Shown: positions 21,574 to 33,440 of the stretch, piece by piece
Position numbering within the stretch: position 1 is the first letter of the stretch
Layout of the letters: the number at the start of each line of letters is the position of its first letter
Notes under the pieces: model-generated
Told to the model about the DNA's origin: nothing
Database searches by the model: none
What the model saw: the letters and a program-made list of their open reading frames with translations, nothing else
Position numbers and translations under genes: made by a program
Assembly (NCBI RefSeq): GCF_001194135.2
Contig: NC_068983.1
Span: forward strand, 99,894,897 to 99,950,565
Reading direction: 5' to 3'
DNA: 55,669 nucleotides
From: Octopus bimaculoides
Taxonomy: Eukaryota

Positions 21574-23083
21574 GTAAGTTTTATTGCTACACTTTTGTCT
21601 ATTTGATATACTTGCTATGAATATTTTGTGTCTCAAAGGTTTAACTTACAAATATTCTATCTATCTATCTATCTATCACGTATGTATGTATGCATAGACA
21701 CACACATATTTCTCCACCCTGAAGACGGAGGCCGGATCTACCTACACACACACACACGACACATATGTGTGTACGTACGGTATACGTATTCATTTCCTAA
21801 AACCAGCAGATGTATGTATTGGTAGTCTGAAGAAATAAACAACAATCTTCATATTCTATTCCTTCAACCAGTCAACGTGGAACGCTGTTTTATTATTCCA
21901 TATTTTCAAAAATCTCTTTCTTAATCTGTCTCGAATCTAAACGACAGTCCGCAGACTTTCTAAAAAGAAAATGTCTGTTTATTTAGTATATGAAGTATAT
22001 GTATATGGACGACCATGGCTATAAGATAACTTTAATATAGTGTTTTAGTTCGATTCGAAAATAAACAATCTGAAATATATCGACTTCCTCCCCAGGTTAT
22101 ATTGTCAGTCGTCCCCACTCCTGATAGATACATTATTTTAGCTTAAAAACTGAATATTAAGTTTATTTCCAACTTAGATTATATTTATTATATTAAGATA
22201 TTTGCTGACTCCCCAAATAAACAACAATCCTGCTTGTCATATTTTTCTTATGTTTGGGACTTATTTTGACTTACCATTTCTAAATTCATAAGATTTCCAG
22301 TTATATGCCACCAAATTAAAAATTTCATTGCAAAAATAACCGTATTTACACGTTTTGTTTATGATTTCGGTATTTCTGTTGTTTATAAATGTCATTTCTC
22401 GTGATCTATTATTATTGGACCAGCAATACTTGAAAAGGCATAAACAGATTATTAGATTTATAAGAAAATATTCTTTTTATTTCCTAATTTGGTTTATTAA
22501 CCTAACTTGCAATTATTTTGCAGATTAGTTTTGCTGTCTTGTCATATGTTAGAATATCAATAATCAACAGTGACGATAGTACATAGCCACGTATGAATTT
22601 CATATACGTTGTGAGAAATAATTTCATAAATGGGTCAGACAACATTTATTTACGTTATGATACTTCCGAGATAATGAATGTGATAGTATTTTTTGGGCTG
22701 GGTGCCGCCGTCACATATCGCCAACACATCACTCCGGGAGTGATGCAGAATTGCCAGAGTTTCAGTAGAAATCCATTGATCAAAGAAAAAGCAAACAAAC
22801 AAAAAACTTTTAAAAACTTGTATGCAAAAATTGAGTTAATGTGTCATCTATTTGAGTAAGTTGAAAAAACAATTATTTGGATGTTGAAAATAGTCTGAAA
22901 ACTCTGCCTAAGTTCTTTGTTGAGTTAAAAAAAATTTCTTTTCAAGTCTAGCACTCATAGATAATATCTGTGCGATACGGTATCAAATATATTACATGAA
23001 AATCTGCTACAGCTCTAAACATCACTTGCGAACCAATGATGGCTTACTTGCTTGTGACAACAGCCGAATATTCCTCAAATCAC

Positions 23084-23258
23084 ATTTGTTTATTTGTTTG
23101 CTTACAGAACTGTGGAGCAAATATTGCTATCTTCATTTTATACAAGAGGGAATTTCTGTTTCCAGCACTTCAAGCCATTTCATTTTGTCTCTTTTTCACC
23201 ATGGGGGACACGACTAATACCCCAGTCACTCCAATTATAAAAGCTCCCAACCAGCGAA
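23084..23258 (+). pseudogene. Diverged partial duplicate of the HERPUD first coding exon (acceptor, 5' UTR and first 19 codons)
   Basis: Aligns with 21315-21487 at roughly 85-90% identity by eye. Keeps cttacag|AACTGTGG (acceptor 23107/23108) and caccATGG (23201). Confidence 0.9.
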
Positions 23259-23637
23259 AGGACATAGTCAATATAGTTCTAGGCATATTAAAGGACATCG
23301 TAGTAGGGACACCTTTCATCGTAGGTCTGACCTGGGTGTTAACAAGTTGCGGAACTCTACCAAACCCTACCAGTCTAAGAGAGCCATATAAAAAAGAAAA
23401 GAAAAAAAGAAAGAAACGTGTCCATGATGTGACCATTAGAGTTCCTGACTGGTAGCAGTGTTGTTGCCGATTCTCAACTTGAACGTCTGTAGGATGTAGA
23501 TTAAATATTAAAATTATCTTAAATGCCTGCACAGTGGCCATAGACACAGTCCATATTTTTCTAGACCAAGATCTAAAACAAAATATCAAATGAAATAATT
23601 AATCTCCCTTCTCGAAGTTTTTTTTATCGTAACATTT

Positions 23638-23672
<35 letters not shown>

Positions 23673-24194
23673 CCCTCAGAGTATGTAAATATGGAACAAT
23701 TTTAATGTAACTTTTTCCCAGAAAAAAGGCCAATAGTATATATTTCACTAGTGTTTATTCTGATCTGAAATTCAATTATTTATAACTCACTGTGTGATTG
23801 TTCTCATTAATTTTTATACATATTTTTGTAGGTTTTACTTACACTTAAAACCAAATTGATTGAATTTGTAAACACCGTTTTCTTCTCTTAAAGTTGCCCA
23901 AACTTTTTAACTTCGACAGCTACACAATGAAACTAATAAATAAACTTGTTACAAACATTCTATATACACAGCAACTAAATAGTTCTTTATTATTTAGCGT
24001 TTTGCCTGAATAATAAACATTCAGTACATAGGTGAAACTTTTGAATAGTCTCTCCATACATTTCGTGGCTTCGTCGACATTGTGAAAAGCAGAGTATTTT
24101 ATGAAGAGGACAGTTCCAATTGTTGATATGACCTTTCTGCAGCAATGTACACACATGTACTGTAACACTTTTCTAACTTTTTACTCTTTAGCAA

Positions 24195-24770
24195 AAACAA
24201 AAAAAGGCGAAATTCTGCTTATTCACTCTATTAAACTCCCCGTAACTTCTTTATTTTCCTGGAATTTTCAGAAAACTTTTGCGAATTTGTGTTCTACACA
24301 CGGGAATTCATACGATTATGCATTAAAAAAAAAAAAAATTGGTGCGTGATTTTTAGCACATCTCATGACCACCTCATATCCTCCTTCTTTGTCACTGACG
24401 TATTGATGATGTTTTTCAATACCTTTCTACCCATAAACACATTTAATGGTCTATTGCTGGGATTTAAGCCCAAAATACGGACTGTCCTTATTTAAAAAAA
24501 TTTTTTTAAATTTTTCGAATTTCCTTTTTTTTTAAATCACAGTTTAAAATACGGACAGTCCGAATTTTTGGCTTAAATCCCAGCAATAGACCATTAAATA
24601 TGTTTATGGGGAGAAAGATTTTTGAAAAATCTTTTTTTTTTTAATTTCGAAAAATTAAAAATTCTTTTGTAGTTGTGTGTAAAATACAAATTTGCAAAAA
24701 GTTTCTGAAAATAAAAAAAGTTATGAGGGGTTAAAATAGCATGCTTAAAACAGAATTCTGCAAAAAAGAA
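24195..24770. mobile_element. Fold-back element (MITE-like long inverted repeat)
   Basis: Inner arms 24430-24487 and 24553-24610 match at 55/58 nt as reverse complements; more diverged outer arms extend to ~24195 and ~24770. An AAAATACGGAC(T/A)GTCC motif occurs near both inner ends. Confidence 0.8.
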
Positions 24771-25373
24771 AAAAAAAAACCTTGACTCTGTTCTGCCAGA
24801 CAATTTGCCAAACAAGCTTAGTTGGCTATATACCATTATAGGATTTCATGCATGTATCAGAGTTGATTAACTTCAAGCAACAAACTTTATCTCTTCAACT
24901 AGATAAAAACTCCCTCTATGGGGTGTTTATAGAATCTAATAACAAAGGATATAACCCCATTAAGATCAGATGACCAAAAAAATTTAGCAAAATATATTCT
25001 ATGCAGATGTGAGTGTGTTATCTTTTAATAGCCAACTGGTGAAAGAACCGTATATATTGCAGTCTTATTAGACCTCCTCAGTGAAACATTCATTTGATTC
25101 TGCAGATTTAGAAGCGGTTCACTTTTATAGGAAAACAAGTAATGTAGTGATACAGATTATGAAAATCAGCAATATTTTGTTGAAGGAAACTACCTCTGGG
25201 GAGCAATTTTCATATTAAATACATATAAGGCAGAGTCCTGCATGTAACATGGCAGGTTGAAAATCTTTGATTAACTGAGATCCACATGATTAGTTGACCT
25301 AACACTCCTGAGAGTGTTTAAAATCTGAAAACAAAAGAGATAAGATTAGCTAAGCTAACCAAAATGTTTGGTC

Positions 25374-25760
25374 ACAGGCGTTGTTATGTGGTAAAAAGTT
25401 TGCTTCCTAACAAAAAAGTTCTGGGTTCAGTCTCACTGCATGGCACCTCAGGCAGGTGTGTTCTACTATAGCCTCATGCCAACCAAACCCTTGTGAGTGG
25501 TTTCGGTAGACAGAAACTGAAAGAAGCCCATCGTATATGTGTGTTTATATATATATATGTGTGTTTGTGCCCTTGTGTCTGTCTGTCCCCCACCACCTCT
25601 TGACAACCAGTGCTGGTATGTTTACTTCCCTGTAACTTAATGGTTCGGTAAAAAGAGACCGATAGAATAAGTACTACCTGAGATGGATTTGTTTGACTAA
25701 AACACTTCAAGGTGATGCCCTAGCATGGCTGCAGTCAAATGACTAAAACAAGTAAAAAAT
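25374..25760 (+). mobile_element. Near full-length family-B SINE (tRNA-like head, CORE-like segment)
   Basis: GTGGTAAAAAGTTTGCTTCC...GGGTTCAGTCTCACTGC head, CTACTATAGCCTC...GAAACTGAAAGAAGCCC body and GACTAAAACAAGTAAAA end. Confidence 0.8.
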
Positions 25761-27689
25761 CATGTAGATAAGAGTGGATCTCATCTTTAAATCCAGCTAG
25801 TGAAACCACATATGTGTTATTGTCTTATTAAACCTCAGCAAAGAATTTTCTGCACAGCTAACAAGGATTAGAAGTGAAACAAAGGGAATGTGATGTTGAT
25901 TATGTATTCATGCTTTCTCTTCCTCTTAGGCTGTTGGCAATGGTTTTCCTCAAAGGGATATGACATATGCATGCGTACATGTTTCTAAGTTTATTGTATA
26001 ACCCATGATAGAGAATTACTTGAATGACTAAGTGTGTTCCACCTGTAACACTCGTAGGAAGCCTCTATATGGCACTCGACTTTTTAAAATAACAGAATCT
26101 CTCACATCACACCATGCCATCTTAAAAAGAATTTTTTTTGTTTTAAACCATCTATTACGTTTTAGAGTATCATTATTGTTACTATCACTACCACCACAAC
26201 GATTTATACATTCATTGAACTAATGTAGATGCCTTTACACAGTTATGTGAACTGCTAGAAGTAGCATCTGAAGCTCTCAAAATCACACTCTATTATCTTA
26301 TAAAATGAAGCAAACATTGAACTGTGTAATCCTTACTATAGAAAAAGGCAAACTGGTTACAGTCAGAATGTCTTTGATCATAGATCTGCTTATTTAAGCC
26401 TGACCTGAGTCTAAACTTCTACATTAAATGTTCATTTTTTCCCCATGATATAATTTGGTCAGGTTTGTAAAACATTTGACCATATCTGGCTTATGAATCT
26501 TCTGGCAAAACTCGCCATCTATAGGCTCCTTCCAACTCTCATCTCTTTGTGACTTTCTCGTTTGGATCATTGCACTGAGTTATGTATATATAAATGACAA
26601 AGAGCTGAGATATCTGGTGCCTTTCTGTACTCAAGAAGACCCATTCACCACAACGGAATTGATATCCTAAACCACCTTGGTTATTGCTTGTCTGTGAGGG
26701 GCTTTGCTCCATGCCTACCTGCATCCTCTCTGCCTTGGCAACCATTTCCCCTTGCCTTTCATCCCCTAACACACATCACCTCTCTATCACCAGAGAGCAG
26801 AATATCTGCATACTACATCCCCTTGCTTTCTCAGTTATCTCCTTCCCCACCCTGAACCACTTCCATTATCTTCCACCACCTACTGTCTCCACCAACCACC
26901 TCCTTTTTGTGCTTCCTCTCTCCTGTGTTGTTCTCCATAATTAACACCTCACTTATCTGCTATCACCCTTAATGCCCTCATATACCTATTGCAAACACCT
27001 GCCCCTGAGCCTCTCCTATATTTCATTCCATCATTTACCTCAGTTACCTCTACTCTGCCCATCCACCCTGTCCAAACCTCTGTATAACCACTTATTCTCA
27101 CCACCCACAATGTCCCCCAAGCGCATATCCTGACACATCTTCGCCACCATCTCTCATTATTGCTCTCTTTATCTTACTAACCCACCTTCCTTTCTTTTTC
27201 AACTGGAGTATTCATGTATTTGCTCTACCATAGGATATCTACCTCTGTCCCTCTATACCTCTTATTTCTCATCGACTAGCACAAAGCCACCATCACCCTC
27301 ACTACTACTCTCTCCTCCCATCTGAGGATCTTTTTGTCTTGCAGGTTACTCAGTGACCCTGTTGGTGCTGGTGCCACATAAAAATCACTGGTGCTGGCAC
27401 CACGTAAAAAGCATCCAGTACACACTGTAAAGTGGTTGGTTTTAGGAAGGGTATCTAACTGCAAAAACCATACCAAAATATTCTAATGAGTGAGAGCAAT
27501 GGAGTTTTTAATTCTATAAGACCCTAACTGCTTTTAAAAGAGGGTTGTATTGTGAGAAATGTGGAGTCTTCAGTGATGTAACATTTGAACATGTGTGTGT
27601 GTGTATATATATAGCAGTTGTATACTGTCAACTTAACGTGACAGTCCCAATAAGGGAATCATACTGCTGCTATTTAGCCCTAGGAAGCT

Positions 27690-28859
27690 GGACCGCTTTC
27701 TGTCAGCCTTGACACATTTCCTGGCTCCCCTTCCAAAATTCACTTGTCTGTGATGAAGAATACTCTTCCAGTACTGTTCTGACATCATCTACAGAATTCA
27801 TATTTTTTCCAATCAAATGATTATTGAAGACTGGAATAAATGATAATTAGATGTGGCAATGTCAAGCGAATATGGTGGGTGAGGCATTGTTTCCCATTCA
27901 AACTACTCTAGCCTTTGAAATGTCATCCTCACTGTATGTGGCTGAGCATTATCCTAATGGTAGAACACCTTTCGTCTTGAAACCAAAGATAGTCGTTTTT
28001 CTTCTAGCGCTGACTTAAGCCACTCAAGCTGCTCACAGTAGATCTCCTTTGTTATTATTTGCTTTGGGTTTAAAAGTTCAAAGTGGACTAAGCCTTTCAT
28101 ATCCCATGTAACAAATAACAACACCTTATGTGGGTGAAGACCTTTTACCTGGAGTGCCGGTATTTCTCCTTTCCCGACCCACTGTCTTTGGTGCTTGACA
28201 TTTTTATAGAGAACCCATTTCTCGTCACCAGTCACTGTTTGGTCCCAAAAAGGTTCATTGGTGAGATGCAACAGTAAAGAAGATCACACATTCACTCTCT
28301 GTGCATGATTAGACTTGGAATGTTTGTGAAGAACCCATTGACCCAATTTGCTGACTTTTCCGATGACGCAGGTGTCGATGAATGGTTGAATGACCAAATC
28401 AAAGCTACTCTGCTAGTTCTTCAACAGTTACAATGGGATTTTGTTCCACCAGAGTTTGCAGGATGTCCTCGTTGAGTTTTACAGATCTTCCAGGATGAGG
28501 CTCGTCTTCCAGGGTGTAGATTCTGGCTCGGAATTTCTGGAAACAAAGTTGACACTGGCTTATACATATTGTCCAATCCCCATATACTGCATTAATATTC
28601 GTCGCACTTTCCGTTACATTGTTGCCTTTATTGAACTCATAAAGCAAAATATACTGAATATTCTCCTTTGTCACTTCCATTTTAGCTTTGGAAAAATAAC
28701 TGTTAAAATCGAACTGCACTCTTCAAAACTTGCACTAAGAATAATGTAAAATTATTATCTGCTTTTATAGCAAGTTGATACAGATAGTTTATCCCGTTTC
28801 CCGCTGACTTTTAGTTCATGCAATTGAAACAAACACATTATTTATGGGATGACCCAATA
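27690..28859 (-). mobile_element. Dead mariner (Tc1/mariner) transposon; one TIR visible
   Basis: ILLYEFNKG...EDEPHPGR (HTH region), VTGDEKWVLY, HPHKVLLFVTWDMKG and decayed HPPYS/YHLF motifs. Right TIR ...ATTATTTATGGGATGACCCAA|TA at 28836-28859; left TIR not found. Confidence 0.9.
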
Positions 28860-30458
28860 TATATATTGTCATTTAACATCCATTTTCCATACTGGCATGG
28901 GTTGGACTGTTTGGCAGGAGCTGATGAATTAGAAGACTGTGCCAAGCTCCAGTGTCTTTTGTATGATTTCTGTGGTTGGATGCCAACCACTCCACAGAGT
29001 GTACTTGGTACTTTCTTTGCATAGTACTGGCACAAGTTGGGTCACCAAGTAACTTGCAAAAGGCGACCCATCAACTGCTGTTGTATAGTATTGAAGAGGT
29101 GGCTTTATGCTAGGTGATGAGAGTTAAGATATGATAGAGATAAGTGTCTTGCAGTAGAGGAGATATGTGGCTACCCTAGTTGGAATGGAAGAGAAGATAG
29201 TGCAGAGGTGTCATCATATACCCTCAAGTTACAGGAAGGAGAACATTAGAGAAATGGTCCACAGGATTGGGACAGGGTGAATGGGTAGGTAAGATCATAA
29301 GAGTGTGATGCAGGTAGCTTATACCGTCCCCCTCCAACTTTTAGTTCATGCAATTGAAAAAACTGCATTATTTNNNNNNNNNNNNNNNNNNNNNNNNNNN
29401 NNNNNNNNNNNNNNNNNNNNNNNNNNNNNNNNNNNNNNNNNNNNNNNNNNNNNNNNNNNNNNNNNNNNNNNNNTAAGGAGACATTCTATTCTTCGTAATG
29501 TTTTATTAGAATATTATAACTGCTTTTAATAGTGTATTACAAAAGAATATTGTTGTAGTAAACAATATAAACTTGTCTGTTGTTCATTCAAAGAGAAACT
29601 ATGCAGAAATACATTTTTTCATCTCTACTGGTTTAGTGTTTACTTTCCCGTTTAGGAATAGTTTTACAATACACTGTCACTATGCATGTATGTTAAGGTA
29701 TTATTTCTTTTGATTAATGAATCAGCCAGTTTTGATTTAAAATTTCAGAGCATTTAAAGTTGTAAAGTAATGTAACAGCTGTTTGATCCAAGATAGTATT
29801 TCTCTAGTAAGTTAATTATAAAATTTTGTTGTAACGAAGCCATCATATATCTATTTAATTAGAAGTATTTAAATTTCATAGCTTTATATTTGTTTGCAAA
29901 TTCTAATGTATATGAGTGTTGATGAGGCCTCTTACTAGTCAGCTGACTTGCAAGAAATAGCAGTTAAATCTCCTTCAAATCACATTTTACTATCTAAATT
30001 ACAAAGAAAAAAAATAGACATATTGAATAAATTTAGTCTTAGATCTACTCTCTAAAAAGAAGTTGGGTTTGTCATGTTTAAAACACCTTTGCTCATGAAT
30101 AGGTTTGCTAAACAAGGTCTGATCTAGGGCTAAACAATGACAAACAAATATATTTAACATGCTCATGAAGGGGAAATATAAAAAGCAAGATAGAATTAAA
30201 TACATGTCGTTTAGACCCAGATCAACCAACCATATTGAGTAGCTCTTTGATCAAAAATGTTCCAGCTGTTGCCATTTCACCTTTTTAGTCAGAGTACATT
30301 CAGAACTACAATAAACAATATGTCTCAGTAAGTCAGTAGCTGGTGGCATGAGAGCTTTCTGCTTGCTGTTTTTTAGTAGGTTGAGTAACTTCATAGAGGT
30401 TCCCTATAAAAGTTTTGTTCAACTATGACTTAGTTACTCGTTTACTTTTTATCATAAT

Positions 30459-30690
30459 TTAACCCTTTAACATTCAGATTTCTCTGTCAAATGTAATACT
30501 TCTTTATTTCCATTGTTTTGAATTAGTCATGCATTATCATGTAGCTTCAAGATTTCAATGATATACGTGTTTATTTTTAGAATAACGCAATAGGATAGGT
30601 GCGAGAAGAGGCTGGATCTGGCCAGTTCGAACATAAAACTGGTAGAATATTTGGGCTGGATATGGCTGGTTTAAAAGTTAAAGGGATTAA
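30459..30690. mobile_element. Short MITE with TTAA flanks and CCC...GGG ends (piggyBac-type); partial second copy at ~35519-35665
   Basis: TTAA|CCCTTTAAC ... GTTAAAGGG(A)|TTAA. The body CATTCAGATT.CTCTGTCA recurs at ~35531. Confidence 0.65.
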
Positions 30691-32714
30691 GACAGTTTAT
30701 TTAAAAGTAGAGTTCTGTGACTTGACATGATGATAGCTTGGTTCTTTTTGCTTGATTTCTGTATGAGTAGTTACATAATTAGGATCTTTGTGTTGAGACA
30801 TTTACAATGGCTTTGTTGCAGTCATTAATTCATTAGTGGTATAATTCTCTTCAAAACATTTATAATAATAATTTATTTGTCCATCAAATGTTGCTGCTAC
30901 TACTTAGCCCCAAATCAGCCCTAATTGAACAGGTATGATTTAAAGTTGTTCCAGCCACATCTATTCTGTCTATTTTTTGTGAACACAGAGTATTTATTAC
31001 TACATTATCAGATGTATATATATTTTTAAGATCATAAGTGTAATTTGAAGCAGATTTAGCTGCAGTTTCTAACCAGTTGAGTTATTTTTTGCTCTTTCAT
31101 TGGTTCATCCAAAAATGTCTGTGTGCAATGTGCCAAAATGAACTTCGACATTTTTTGTTTCACACAGTTTGTGTGGCTCACAAAAGAAGCTGTTTAGGTC
31201 AAAATAAAACCAAAATTAAGTTTAAGACTGTCTGTGTTTCTTGGGTGTCCAACAACACATTCTCTTCTAAATCCTGGAGTTCTTCATACAGGTGTTCATA
31301 ACTGGATACTTCTGGAATCTTCTTTATGCTAATGATTTAGCCTTCATTGCAGAATCAGTACAATAACTATAAAATGGATGTGGAACTAATCACTAATTTG
31401 AGTCAAAAGGTTTAAAAGTAAGGTTACTAGTTAAGTGTGAAGGCCTGAATGGCATCATAGAAATGGTAGTGGATGACATCCTGAAATAGAGCCAGCAGTT
31501 ATATGGTATTATGTTACCCATATAAACAATAAATGCATAAAACATGCAAATGGACTTCTGATTAACTGTCAAGCAACTAGGCTTTTAGTTGCTCTAGTTC
31601 AGTGGTTTCCTGACCTCTAAACGTTTTTGAGCTGCCTCATTTCTAATGCACCCCCCCTCCACTCACCATCACAAACCCTCTTTCTGAAGCAAATTCTAAG
31701 CAACTGTATTTCATAAACAAAACTTAACCTAATTAACCCGTTATTCTCTTTTACATTTTGGGAACTGCTGCTGTAGTTCACAAATGGCTATGAACTGCAA
31801 AGCAAGAAAAATATTGATGGTTTATTAATAGTAGTAGATTTGTATTACTGAGTTGACATAATAATTATCACAGGAAGTGATCGCAGAGTTGCTATGGTTG
31901 AAGGGATATAGAAGGAATTCGAATAATCACTATTTCTGGTACTGGTAAACGATTCTCTATATGAAAACCGACCATGTGGAATATGTAAGATGCAATAGGA
32001 TTGATATATAATGATGTGTAGCATTTGATTGCTATTGAATATGGCCCATTGGATGTTCAGTAAAAACATTCCAGGAAAGGTGCATACAAGTGAATTTAGA
32101 AAATTCACTGGAGTAAGAACAATATTAGGATGGATATGTACAGAATCCTGTTACCTAATTTTTCATACCTACATGGGTCAGATGAAATTCATTGAGGTAC
32201 ATTTTACTATGGCTGGATGCTCTCCCTGTCACCAAAGTTGAACTGTTTCAAAGCAAGCTAGTTGTTTCCCTGAGTCCTTTGAACACAAACATCAAATTGG
32301 TCAGACATGTTTCACAAAAGATTGCAAATGAACAAGATTATTTCTTTGATAGTAATATCTGTTTACAGTTTAGTGCCCAATGTCAAGACTAGGGGATACA
32401 AATGCACACACTTGTGCATGCATGCACACACAAATCTGTGAATCAAAATCTACAGGTGAGGCTTTAGTTGGCTTTAGTACAATGTAAACAAATAGAACCA
32501 CTGATCATAGTATATATGTGTACATCTTTCAGTGAGGGATATAAACAAGAAAACTGGAAAACTAGTGTTTTATGAACTAAATCCCTTGAGATATTTCTTC
32601 TATAGTGAGATTGCTAGAAATGAAAAGAACTAGTGACTGGCTTGTTGGAAACACAATGAACAACCCTATTGTTCAATTGTAATGAAAAATAAATGCAATG
32701 TTTAATCTTTTATC

Positions 32715-33075
32715 TTGTTTCAGTCGTTTGACTGCAGCCATGCTGGGGTATTACCTTGCAGGGTTCTAGTCAAATGGATTGACCCTAGTCCTTTTTTTGT
32801 TTGTTTTTATAGAGCCTGGCACTTATTCTATTAGTCTCTTTTGCTTAACCACAAAGTTACAAGGATGTAAGCAAATGGTGGTTGTCAAGTGGTAGTGGTG
32901 GAATGAACACAAAGACAAACACACAAACACTTATGGTATATTCATATATATGATGGGCTTTGATTGGCTTGGGGCTATAGTTGAAGACACTTGCCCAAGG
33001 TGCCATGCAGTGGGACTGAACGTAGACCCATATGGTTGGGAAGCAAACTTCTTACCACACAGCCACACCTGCACC
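32715..33075 (-). mobile_element. Family-B SINE, minus strand
   Basis: TTGAAGACACTTGCCCAAGGTGCCATGCAGTGGGACTGAAC...AGCAAACTTCTTACCACACAGCCAC is the reverse complement of the head. Confidence 0.75.
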
Positions 33076-33209
33076 TATGTGAATGGATAATATATAATTG
33101 GTGTTTGTGGTTGGAATCTACTGTACTGATAAACCAAAGACTATTTGGAGAAAAGTATTTAGTTAACTTGTGAATGGTGAGATGATGCTGGATGAAGGTG
33201 TATGAAAGT

Positions 33210-33440
33210 GTGTGGATGCACATGGCTTAGTAGTTAGGGTGTTGTACTCATGATTGTAAGATTGTGGTTTCGATTCCTGGATCAGGCGATGCATTGTGTT
33301 CTTGAGCAAAACACTTCATTTCACGTTGTTCCAGTCCACCCAACTAGCAAAAATGAGAAATGCTGTCCAGATGGGGAATGTATATGCCATGAAACTGAGG
33401 AGCTGGCCCTTGTGAGTCAGTATGACTTGAAAAGGTAACT
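33210..33440 (+). mobile_element. tRNA-derived CORE-like SINE (another family)
   Basis: TGGCTTAGTAGTTAGG (A box), GGTTTCGATTCC (B box), then GTGTTCTTGAGCAAAACACTT (CORE-like). Confidence 0.65.

Noticed and set aside
22414-22424. ATTGG-A-CCAGC as an ERSE-II
   Set aside because: The essential CCACG half is mismatched (CCAGC).
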